Part shown: positions 18,969 to 26,060 of the stretch, one piece after another
Numbering within the stretch: the stretch's first letter is position 1
How the letters are laid out: each line of letters begins with the position of its first letter
Assembly: GCF_001306055.1 (NCBI RefSeq)
Contig: NZ_LGHJ01000018.1
Span: 1-32,000 of the forward strand
Direction of reading: 5' to 3'
Length of the DNA: 32,000 nt
Origin: Bellilinea caldifistulae
GTDB lineage: Bacteria; Chloroflexota; Anaerolineae; Anaerolineales; Anaerolineaceae
Notes under the pieces: generated by a model
What the model saw: only the letters and a program-made list of their open reading frames with translations
Database searches by the model: none
Told to the model about the DNA's origin: nothing
Program-made: the position numbers and the translations under genes

Positions 18969-19436
18969 TTACTTTTTGCGCAATTCCGGTGAATCGAACC
19001 AAAGGCCGGAAATCAGATGAGGCTCGGCACGGTTGAAGACAATCCGCATGGTAACGAGATTGTCTTTCTCGTAAGTCAGGCGGTAAATCACAATTGTATA
19101 CTTTTCATCCTGAAGCACCTGACTGATTTCATGGGACTGGTAGGCGCCCAGTTTGTCGGTCAGGGTTGAAAGAAGCTTCTCGAAGGCTGCCTCGTCCATG
19201 CCTTTTTGCATGTTTGCGTCAAAGTCTTTGGAAAAGGTTGGGTAATCGCGGTTGATCAGGCCGGCGATCAGGTTTTCACCCATCGGAGCGGCGTATTCCA
19301 GCACGGCTTCCCGTTCCTCGCCTTCCAACGTCACGGTTTTACTCTGGGCAGGTGAGAGCAGTGCACAGCCACCGATTAATAAGGACGCAATGATCAGCAT
19401 TCCAACGATCCGATGGAAAGGATGGTATTTTTGCAT
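18969..19436 (-). CDS. Lipoprotein, DUF3887-like
   Basis: 155 aa. Signal peptide plus lipobox ...LLIGG|C. The mature part (...INRDYPTFSKDFDANMQKGM...KLGAYQS...YTIVIYRLTYEKDNLVTMRIVFN...ISGLWF) resembles DUF3887 proteins, from memory. The GGAGG SD overlaps the tnaA stop codon. Confidence 0.6.
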   Translation of the reverse strand: MQKYHPFHRIVGMLIIASLLIGGCALLSPAQSKTVTLEGEEREAVLEYAAPMGENLIAGLINRDYPTFSKDFDANMQKGMDEAAFEKLLSTLTDKLGAYQSHEISQVLQDEKYTIVIYRLTYEKDNLVTMRIVFNRAEPHLISGLWFDSPELRKK

Positions 19437-19445
19437 GGTTTCCTC

Positions 19446-20822
19446 CTACAAAGGTTCAAAACGGGCCGTAAAGTGACGCAGCAGTGGTGGCGCATAAGTG
19501 ATGCGATAACCGCGAAGCGTTTCGCGTTGATCGGTCAGGGATTTCAAAACCTCCACGATATAATCAAAATGGCTGCGGGTATAGGTGCGGCGCGGAATAG
19601 CCAGCCGAACCAGTTCTAATTTGGGGTAAATCATTTCTCCACTGTCGGGGTCGGGGTAAGCAAACATGACCGAACCAATCTCAACCCCACGAATACCGCC
19701 TTCCAGATATAGTGCCGCAGCCAGTGCCTGACCGGGATACTCGGCATGGGGAATGTGGGGTAAAAACCGACCCGCATCCAGATAAATTGCATGGCCACCG
19801 GCCGGTTCGATGATCGGGATACCGGCGGATTTTAATTGATCGGCAAAATAAGCCGTTTGCCCGATGCGGTAGGCCAGATATTCCTCATCCAGACCTTCCA
19901 TGAGGCCAACCGCCATGGCGTCCAAGTCCCGCCCGGCTAACCCGCCGTAGGTTACAAAACCTTCCCGTAAAATCAGTTCGTTACAAATACGCTGGAACAG
20001 GTCATCATCACGGACTGCCAAAAAACCGCCAATGTTGACCAGTGCGTCTTTTTTGGCGGACATCCAGGCACCATCGGCCAGGGCAAAAATCTGCCGAGCA
20101 ATCTCCAGTGTGGAAAGATGCGCGCAGCCCGGTTCTCGCTGCTTGATGAAATAAGCGTTTTCTGCAAATCGGCACGCATCAATAAAAAAGGGAATGCCGT
20201 AATGGTGGTAAACCTCGGCGACCTGGCGGATATTTTCGAGGGAAACGGGTTGTCCGCCACCGGCGTTGTTGGTAATGGTGATGCTGCCAAAGGGGATGTT
20301 TTGGGGGCCAACCTGCTCAATGAAGGTACGCAATTTTTGAACATCCATGTTGCCTTTGAACGGATGAGGATTGGTAGGGTCAAAGGCTTCATCAATGACC
20401 AGATTGGTTGGCCGTCCCCCTCGAGCGCGGATGTTACCGTCGGTGGTATCAAAATGCATATTCGAAGGGACGTACATGCCGGGTTTGACCAGTAATTGGG
20501 TGAGAATGTTTTCGGCAGCCCGGCCTTGATGGGTGGGAACGAAATGTTCAAAGCCAAAGATCTTTTGCATCACATCGGCAAGGCGATAGTAAGACCGGGC
20601 TCCGGCGTAGGATTCGTCCCCGGTCATCATGGCTGCCCATTGATCCTGACTCATCGTTCCGGTACCCGAATCGGTCAGGAGGTCAATAAACACATCTTCG
20701 GCGCGTAGATTGAAAAGGTTGTATCCGGCGGTTTGCATGGCTTTCTGGCGTTCATCGGGCGGGATGAGGCGGATTGGCTCAACCATTTTGATGCGAAATG
20801 GTTCAACAGGATAGGGTTTCAT
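19446..20822 (-). CDS. tnaA: Tryptophanase (beta-eliminating lyase family, PLP-dependent)
   Basis: MKPYPVEPFRIKMVEPIRLI...VFIDLLTDSGTG...PTHQGRAAE...NNAGGGQPVS...RFAENAYFIKQRE...MSAKKDALVNIGG...LRHFTARFEPL aligns end to end with TnaA/TPL. FDTT (Asp) and RHFT (His) occupy the positions that distinguish TnaA from tyrosine phenol-lyase. ATG 20822 follows GGAGGA. The track start at 20843 is a TTG inside that SD. Confidence 0.85.
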   Translation of the reverse strand: MKPYPVEPFRIKMVEPIRLIPPDERQKAMQTAGYNLFNLRAEDVFIDLLTDSGTGTMSQDQWAAMMTGDESYAGARSYYRLADVMQKIFGFEHFVPTHQGRAAENILTQLLVKPGMYVPSNMHFDTTDGNIRARGGRPTNLVIDEAFDPTNPHPFKGNMDVQKLRTFIEQVGPQNIPFGSITITNNAGGGQPVSLENIRQVAEVYHHYGIPFFIDACRFAENAYFIKQREPGCAHLSTLEIARQIFALADGAWMSAKKDALVNIGGFLAVRDDDLFQRICNELILREGFVTYGGLAGRDLDAMAVGLMEGLDEEYLAYRIGQTAYFADQLKSAGIPIIEPAGGHAIYLDAGRFLPHIPHAEYPGQALAAALYLEGGIRGVEIGSVMFAYPDPDSGEMIYPKLELVRLAIPRRTYTRSHFDYIVEVLKSLTDQRETLRGYRITYAPPLLRHFTARFEPL

Positions 20823-20962
20823 TGAAAAAATTATCCTCCGCAACAGGAATTGAAGGGGGAATCTGGGAAGGGTTCTTGCTCAGTTTATCACAAAAAGAGA
20901 GCGGTGAGGAGTTGACATTCATCCTGTAGGTTTTATATGTTATAGGTATTAACTGATTTTTG

Positions 20963-20991
20963 ATTATAAATATTGTGACAAAAATTTATAA
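20963..20991 (-). promoter_or_regulatory. Candidate tnaA promoter (minus strand)
   Basis: On the minus strand: TTATAA (20991-20986), 17 nt, then a perfect TATAAT (20968-20963). It coincides with the 8-bp inverted repeat listed separately. Confidence 0.3.
20964..20991. repeat. Perfect 8-bp inverted repeat TTATAAAT-N12-ATTTATAA in the divergent promoter region
   Basis: TTATAAAT at 20964-20971 and ATTTATAA at 20984-20991, read directly. Possible operator. Chance occurrence in about 19% GC DNA is not negligible. Confidence 0.5.
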
Positions 20992-21026
20992 AAAGACAAG
21001 AAGACATAAATTATATTCATAAATCA

Positions 21027-21054
21027 TTGACAAATTCGGATTATTTGTTATGAT
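21027..21054 (+). promoter_or_regulatory. Sigma-70-like promoter for the 21088-23488 cluster
   Basis: Perfect TTGACA (21027-21032), a 16-nt spacer, then TATGAT (21049-21054). The GGAGA SD is at 21076-21080 and the ATG at 21088. A second upstream TTGACA (20912-20917) with a TATATG-like -10 may be a tandem promoter. Confidence 0.5.
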
Positions 21055-21087
21055 AGGAATAACCGATTCAAATCCGGAGAGAACCCA

Positions 21088-22170
21088 ATGGCCATTCGAA
21101 CAATCCCGTGTGACCCTGCGCCTAAAATCCGAATTCAGGCTGAAGATCATTTGTCACTGAGCGGCTGGGATCAACCCCAGATTCAAATTCGTGTACAGGA
21201 TGAAGCCCGTTTGCAGGTCAGGCAAGAAAACGGCAGCTGGTGGATTCGCTGCGAGGAAGATACCGTGATTCAGGTGCCGATGCAGGCAGTGCTGCAAGTA
21301 GATTATGTTCACGGCTCGATGTCGGCAATTAACCTGACGGGAAACTTGAAGGTTGAAAATGTGGGTGGTCACCTGACGCTGCGAGAGGTTGGTGAAGTCC
21401 GGTGCGGGAATGTCGGCGGTCACCTGAAAGTGTTTAAGATCAACGGAGACCTGGTGGTGACCAATATTGGCGGAAACCTTAAGGGGGGTGAAATCCATGG
21501 GGTCTTGAGGGTGGAAAATACAGGTGGATCTATCAAGCTACTGGACGTGAGCCGTGCAGAAACCTTACGGGCAGGTGGAAACATAAAAGTAAAATTGCTT
21601 GAATTTTCCAATGACCTGCAGGCTTCGGCGGGGGGAAGTATCAAATTGTGGCTTCCGTCGGGCAGCGGATATCAACTGGATGCCAGCAGCGGCGGGGAGC
21701 GGATTGTCTTTCAGGAGCAAGGATCATCGGTCCGGCAAGTTACCCACCGTTTTCAGGGTGCCATTGGAGGTGGGGGTGTACGGTTGAGACTGGCTGCAGG
21801 CGGTTCTATTGCAATTATGGAGGGGGAATGGGAAGAGGAGAATGTTGAAGAGGAATTCGGTGTGCGTCTGGATGGATTAGGGGATCAGATTGCTCAGCGT
21901 ATTCAGGAAAAGATGCGGCGAGTGGAAGAACGTACCAGACTGGCTCAAGAGCGAGCCGAGCGGGCTGCCAGCCGCAGAGCGGAACGGGGGGAGTTTTTGA
22001 ACATTGGGGGAATGAGTTTCAATTTCGAGCGCCAGGCGGCTGCTCCTCGCAAGCGGGCCAGTGAGGAGGAGCGTCTGATTATTCTGAATTTGCTACGAGA
22101 GAAGAAAATTACGGCCGAGGAAGCCAATCGGCTGCTGGATGCACTCGAAGGCAGGTTTTCAGAAGGGTGA
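21088..22170 (+). CDS. Toastrack/DUF4097-like beta-repeat protein with coiled coil and C-terminal SHOCT-like bihelical motif
   Basis: 360 aa with no signal peptide or TM segment. Residues about 70-243 carry repeats GGHLTL, GGHLKV, GGNLKG, GGSIKL, GGNIKV, GGSIKL, GGSIAI. Then come an acidic linker (EGEWEEENVEEE), an R/E-rich helix, and EEERLIILNLLREKKITAEEANRLLDALEG. Confidence 0.65.
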   Translation: MAIRTIPCDPAPKIRIQAEDHLSLSGWDQPQIQIRVQDEARLQVRQENGSWWIRCEEDTVIQVPMQAVLQVDYVHGSMSAINLTGNLKVENVGGHLTLREVGEVRCGNVGGHLKVFKINGDLVVTNIGGNLKGGEIHGVLRVENTGGSIKLLDVSRAETLRAGGNIKVKLLEFSNDLQASAGGSIKLWLPSGSGYQLDASSGGERIVFQEQGSSVRQVTHRFQGAIGGGGVRLRLAAGGSIAIMEGEWEEENVEEEFGVRLDGLGDQIAQRIQEKMRRVEERTRLAQERAERAASRRAERGEFLNIGGMSFNFERQAAAPRKRASEEERLIILNLLREKKITAEEANRLLDALEGRFSEG

Positions 22171-22229
22171 AAGACTTTGCTTGTCGAAAGAGTACAACAC
22201 AGCAGGTTCCCATCCTGTGGAGGTCATGA

Positions 22230-22874
22230 ATGAGCGAAGAGCGGCTTGAATTATTACGAAAAATTGAGGCGGGAGAAATTTCTCCGGAGGAAGGTTTGCG
22301 GTTGATCAATGCGCTTGAGGAAGATTCGACGGCTCAACCGCGGGTTTTGATTGAGGAGACTATTCAACCTGGGGAAGCAACCGAAAGAGTGAAAGAGGTT
22401 GATGTCGTCGAAACGGCCGGTGAAAAAAGTGCCCCGCCCGATTATCGTCGCTGGAGACGATTTTCGTGGGTGATCTTCGGCTTGATGGTGCTGTTGACAT
22501 CTTTGTCAGCTGTTTGGATGGTTCTGGGCTGGTTGACCCGCCCATGGGGGTGGGGCTTCTGGCTGTCCTGGTTCCCCTTCCTGAGTGGAATTATCGGGAT
22601 GTGGCTGTCTTATAACTCACTGTGGCTGCACGTACGGATTCGGCAACGCAAAGGGGCGAAGCCCGAAAAAATAGCTTTCAGTTTTCCGCTGCCTGTCCAT
22701 GCTCTGGTCTGGTTTTTGCGGACATTTGGACGCTGGATGCCGCCAACTGTTAGAGAACAGAATCTGGCAGATATGCTCCATGAACTGATGAAGAATTTAT
22801 CGAGCCAGGAACCGATTCATATTCAAGTCAATGATGAAGAAGACGGTGAGGAGGTTGAAATCTTTATTGGATGA
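22230..22874 (+). CDS. Membrane protein with N-terminal SHOCT-like bihelical motif, 2 TM helices and an uncharacterised C-terminal domain
   Basis: 214 aa. N-terminus EERLELLRKIEAGEISPEEGLRLINALEE. TM1 spans residues about 78-102 and TM2 about 107-128, both Trp-rich. The C-terminus ends IHIQVNDEEDGEEVEIFIG. Confidence 0.6.
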   Translation: MSEERLELLRKIEAGEISPEEGLRLINALEEDSTAQPRVLIEETIQPGEATERVKEVDVVETAGEKSAPPDYRRWRRFSWVIFGLMVLLTSLSAVWMVLGWLTRPWGWGFWLSWFPFLSGIIGMWLSYNSLWLHVRIRQRKGAKPEKIAFSFPLPVHALVWFLRTFGRWMPPTVREQNLADMLHELMKNLSSQEPIHIQVNDEEDGEEVEIFIG

Positions 22875-23488
22875 AACGGTGGGTTTTGCCTTGGATCATT
22901 TTGATGGTATCTTTGGTTGTAGTTTTGGTTTCCTTTTTACCCGCGCCTTTGATAAGTAATCGGTTTGATGTGGATGAGGCTGTGATCTATGCAGGGCAAT
23001 CCACGCAGACCCCCCAATTTATCCATTTTCAAATCTTCTACCCGCGGTGGATCAGGCTGGATGAAAGTGGTTCGTTCCTTCTCAAGATTAATCTGGACAG
23101 CGCCGAGATGGGAGATTTGCGGGCATGGCAGGCTCGCCTGGAAATGAATGGTGTGGTGATTTCTCCACACGGTGAGTCACGCCAGAGGGCTGTGGCTGGA
23201 AGGGAAACCATATTCCGCTGGAACATTAAACCTTATAAACGCAATGCCGGCCGGGGCACGATATGGGTTTATCAGGTGCGGGACAATGGCTCAAACGAAG
23301 GGGAAGCCAGATTAATTCTGGCGCATCCCTTTGAGGTCAGCACTTTGAACAGCCCGGGGGATCTCGGCTGGATGTTGCTGCGCGTGGTTGGCAGCGGTGG
23401 GCTAGCGGCATCTCTGCTCTGGTTTTGGATTGCCCGTAACCAGAATGCTGTATTGGAAGAGAATTCAGGAGGAGTTGCCAAAAATTAA
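22871..23488 (+). CDS. Hypothetical bitopic membrane protein (N- and C-terminal TM helices)
   Basis: 205 aa. N-terminal TM WVLPWIILMVSLVVVLVSFLP, a middle domain of about 150 aa, and C-terminal TM GWMLLRVVGSGGLAASLLWFWIA. ATGA overlap with the previous gene. I recognise no family. Confidence 0.5.
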   Translation: MKRWVLPWIILMVSLVVVLVSFLPAPLISNRFDVDEAVIYAGQSTQTPQFIHFQIFYPRWIRLDESGSFLLKINLDSAEMGDLRAWQARLEMNGVVISPHGESRQRAVAGRETIFRWNIKPYKRNAGRGTIWVYQVRDNGSNEGEARLILAHPFEVSTLNSPGDLGWMLLRVVGSGGLAASLLWFWIARNQNAVLEENSGGVAKN

Positions 23489-23503
23489 ATTTGGGGGATT
23501 TGC

Positions 23504-23532
23504 TTTACAAGCAGGGGGTAAATTGATAAAAT
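23504..23532 (+). promoter_or_regulatory. Sigma-70-like promoter candidate for the nuo cluster
   Basis: TTTACA (23504-23509), 17 nt, then TAAAAT (23527-23532). The nuoA SD AGGAG is at 23592-23596. Confidence 0.4.
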
Positions 23533-23601
23533 GGATGTATTGGGTGGGGATGGGAAAGATTACCATTAATCCCTGGATCCTTAGACCTCGCAGGAGCATG
23601 T

Positions 23602-23958
23602 ATGCTGGGAAACTGGTTGTACATCGGAATCTTTGCGCTGGTAGCACTGATGATGCCAGCACTCACAATTTTCATCGCAGGTATTCTCTCTCCAAAAAGA
23701 CCGGATCCAATAAAAAATTCGACCTATGAATGCGGGGTTGAAACCGTAGGCCCTAATTGGACGCAAATTAAAATTCAATATTACGTCTTTGCCCTTGTTT
23801 TCTTGATTTTCGATGTTGAGGCGGTCTTGCTGTTCCCGTGGGCAGTGGCGTACCAGCTCTTACCCCTTTACGCCATTATTGAAGGAGTCTTATTCTTGTT
23901 GATCCTGGTGGTTGGGTTTTTGTATGCCTGGCGAAAAGGGGCGCTGGAATGGTTCTAA
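23602..23958 (+). CDS. nuoA: NADH-quinone oxidoreductase subunit A (ND3 family)
   Basis: 118 aa, 3 TM, ...STYECGVETVGPNWTQIKIQYYVFALVFLIFDVEAVLLFPWA... NuoA/ND3 signature. Confidence 0.93.
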   Translation: MLGNWLYIGIFALVALMMPALTIFIAGILSPKRPDPIKNSTYECGVETVGPNWTQIKIQYYVFALVFLIFDVEAVLLFPWAVAYQLLPLYAIIEGVLFLLILVVGFLYAWRKGALEWF

Positions 23959-23982
23959 TACCTTTGAAGGCAGGGAAGACCA

Positions 23983-25203
23983 ATGGATTTTTTGCGTGAT
24001 CCTTTTGGCTTTGTGATTCAAGAGTACACTGGCTGGCTGGGTGGATTGGGGTTGCCTGCTGGCTGGGTAGATATAATTGCCAAATTGACCGGTGCTCTGG
24101 TTCTCGCTACCGGCGCAATGTTGTTTGTGGTCTTTCTAATCTGGTATGAGCGAAAATTGATCGGCCGCATCCAGGACCGGTTTGGGCCGAATCGCGTCGG
24201 CCCGTGGGGAATTTTTCAGCCGGTGGCGGACATGCTTAAGATCTTTACCAAAGAATACATCACCCCGATTGGTGCAGATAAATTCGCCTACAATCTTGCC
24301 CCTATTCTGGCGGTGGCGGCGGTGCTTTTGTTGTGGTCGGTGCTACCGCTTTCGGTCACGGTCGTGGGTACCGATTTGAATGTCGGTCTGCTTTTTTTGG
24401 TTGCGGTTGGCGGTCTGGGGGAGATGAGTTATATCCTGGCCGGCTGGGGTTCCAATAACAAATACGCTCTGCTGGGGGCTTTTCGGCTGGTTGCTCAACT
24501 GATTTCTTACGAAGTGCCCCTCGTGCTTTCGGCACTGGTGCCGGTGATGCTGGCGGGCACTCTTAGTGTAAATGGGATTGTGCAAGCACAGGAAAGTGTC
24601 TGGTTCATCGTGGCAGCACCGGCGGCAGCATTGATTTTCTTTATTGCCTCCATTGCCGAAATTGGGCGCTCTCCATTCGACTTAATCGAAGCCGAATCGG
24701 AACTGGTTGCCGGCTACAACATTGAATACTCTGGCTTGAAATTTGGCATGTTTTTTGTGGCGGAGTTTTTACACGCTTTTACCGTTTCAATGATTTTTGC
24801 AACGGTGTTTCTGGGCGGGTGGCAAGGGCCGGGGGCTGCGGAAATCCCGGTTTTAGGATTTGTTTACCTCATGTTGAAAACCTTTGTGGTTTATTTTGTG
24901 ACCATTCTTTTCAGGGGAACTTTACCGCGCTTTCGAATTGACCAGATGATGAATTTGAACTGGAAAGTGCTTACCCCCCTTTCTCTGGCATTGATAATGG
25001 CTATGGCAATTGTCGGCGGTTTGACAAGGGAATTGCCGGTCTTCTGGCAGGTAATTGCCTTTCTGCTGGTGAACCTTCTTTTGCTGGGGGCGACAGATCA
25101 ATTGATGCGCCTTTCGCAGAGCAGGAAAACAAAATCCAACCTTCCCATGCAACCCCTACGAAAGGTTTTGACTACATCTACCAAACACGGGGCAGGAGAA
25201 TGA
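23983..25203 (+). CDS. nuoH: NADH-quinone oxidoreductase subunit H (ND1 family)
   Basis: 406 aa with ...ERKLIGRIQDRFGPNRVGPWGIFQPVADMLK... and ...EIGRSPFDLIEAESELVAGYNIEYSG... NuoH motifs. It has a basic C-terminal tail of about 50 aa beyond the last TM. Confidence 0.94.
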   Translation: MDFLRDPFGFVIQEYTGWLGGLGLPAGWVDIIAKLTGALVLATGAMLFVVFLIWYERKLIGRIQDRFGPNRVGPWGIFQPVADMLKIFTKEYITPIGADKFAYNLAPILAVAAVLLLWSVLPLSVTVVGTDLNVGLLFLVAVGGLGEMSYILAGWGSNNKYALLGAFRLVAQLISYEVPLVLSALVPVMLAGTLSVNGIVQAQESVWFIVAAPAAALIFFIASIAEIGRSPFDLIEAESELVAGYNIEYSGLKFGMFFVAEFLHAFTVSMIFATVFLGGWQGPGAAEIPVLGFVYLMLKTFVVYFVTILFRGTLPRFRIDQMMNLNWKVLTPLSLALIMAMAIVGGLTRELPVFWQVIAFLLVNLLLLGATDQLMRLSQSRKTKSNLPMQPLRKVLTTSTKHGAGE

Positions 25204-25724
25204 ACGGTCTTCAAGTGGTTTTTTTGCTTGCGGCGCTGGTTTCATTGTTTTCAGCCGCCATGGTCGTTTCTGCCCGCCGGATGATGCACGCCGCCTTGTG
25301 GCTGGTGTTGACCTTAATGGGCGTGGCCGTCATTTTTGTAACCCTGCAGTCTTCCTTCTTTGCCGTGGTTCAGGTTCTGGTCTATGTTGGGGCAATTGCC
25401 ATCCTGATCATTTTTTCGGTGATGTTGACCCGCCGGGTGATGGAAGACCATGGTGATCAGATTCTACCGGGGTGGCGCGCGGCTGGACTGGTTGCCGGGC
25501 TTCTTTTCGCTATCATTGTGGGATTTCTTGCGCTCTGGCAGGGTTTTACGACGATGCTGGTAGAGTTGCCAGCGGATGCCGATAATCTTTTGGATTTGGG
25601 TCAGGCGTTGGTTTCTCCACAGGGATACGCCTTACCCTTTGAACTGGCATCGGTGCTGCTTGTGGCGGCTCTGATTGGTGCAATCACCATTGCGGTGGAT
25701 CGCAAGGAGGATCAACACGGATGA
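25200..25724 (+). CDS. nuoJ: NADH-quinone oxidoreductase subunit J (ND6 family)
   Basis: 174 aa, 5 TM, ...FFAVVQVLVYVGAIAILIIFSVML... NuoJ signature; ATGA overlap with nuoH. Confidence 0.9.
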   Translation: MNGLQVVFLLAALVSLFSAAMVVSARRMMHAALWLVLTLMGVAVIFVTLQSSFFAVVQVLVYVGAIAILIIFSVMLTRRVMEDHGDQILPGWRAAGLVAGLLFAIIVGFLALWQGFTTMLVELPADADNLLDLGQALVSPQGYALPFELASVLLVAALIGAITIAVDRKEDQHG

Positions 25725-26041
25725 TACCGTTGGCATGGTATTTGATTTTTTCGGCGGCTTTATTTTGCATTGGCCTGTTTGGGGCGCTGGCGCGTAAAAA
25801 TGCCGTGGCAATTCTCATGGGGGTCGAGTTGATGCTGAACGCGGTCAATGTCAATTTGATCGCTTTCTGGCATTATTACGCTCAGATGCGTAGCACTCCG
25901 TATGTCCATGGATTGGCATTCACCACCATGGTATTTGTGGTTGCCGCTGCTGAGGTGGCAGTAGGCCTGGCACTGGTCATTTCGGCTTACCGTCGGCGGC
26001 AAACGCCAGTGGTGGATGAGCTGACCCTGCTAAAAGGATAA
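25721..26041 (+). CDS. nuoK: NADH-quinone oxidoreductase subunit K (ND4L family)
   Basis: 106 aa, 3 TM, ...RKNAVAILMGVELMLNAVNVNLIAF...VAAAEVAVGLALVI... with conserved membrane Glu residues. Confidence 0.92.
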   Translation: MIPLAWYLIFSAALFCIGLFGALARKNAVAILMGVELMLNAVNVNLIAFWHYYAQMRSTPYVHGLAFTTMVFVVAAAEVAVGLALVISAYRRRQTPVVDELTLLKG

Positions 26042-26060
26042 AGGGGGGAGGCGAAATTGC

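Noticed and set aside
19446-20843. Calling the beta-eliminating lyase a tyrosine phenol-lyase, and using the longer TTG start at 20843
   Set aside because: Asp in FDTT and His in RHFT match the tryptophanase-type specificity positions, not TPL (Thr and Phe). The TTG at 20843 lies inside the GGAGGA SD that serves ATG 20822.
20803-20922. Possible TnaC-like leader peptide upstream of tnaA (minus-strand 39-codon ORF MNVNSSPLSFCDKLSKNPSQIPPSIPVAEDNFFNETLSC)
   Set aside because: It has no usable SD (AGG lies directly against the ATG). It has no Trp codon, whereas TnaC function depends on a conserved Trp. It also overlaps the tnaA start out of frame, and no downstream Rho-utilisation-like arrangement is evident.
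21295-21816. Nucleotide-level near-repeats inside ORF1 (for example GGTGGTCACCTGA and GGCGGTCACCTGA around 21364 and 21417) as a DNA repeat element
   Set aside because: They are in frame and encode the recurring GGHL beta-strand motif of the Toastrack-like domain. This is protein-level repetition, not a separate DNA feature.
23430-23729. 99-aa ORF spanning the ORF3 end, the spacer and the nuoA start
   Set aside because: It overlaps two well-supported genes in other frames and crosses the promoter-like element, and its translation has no features.
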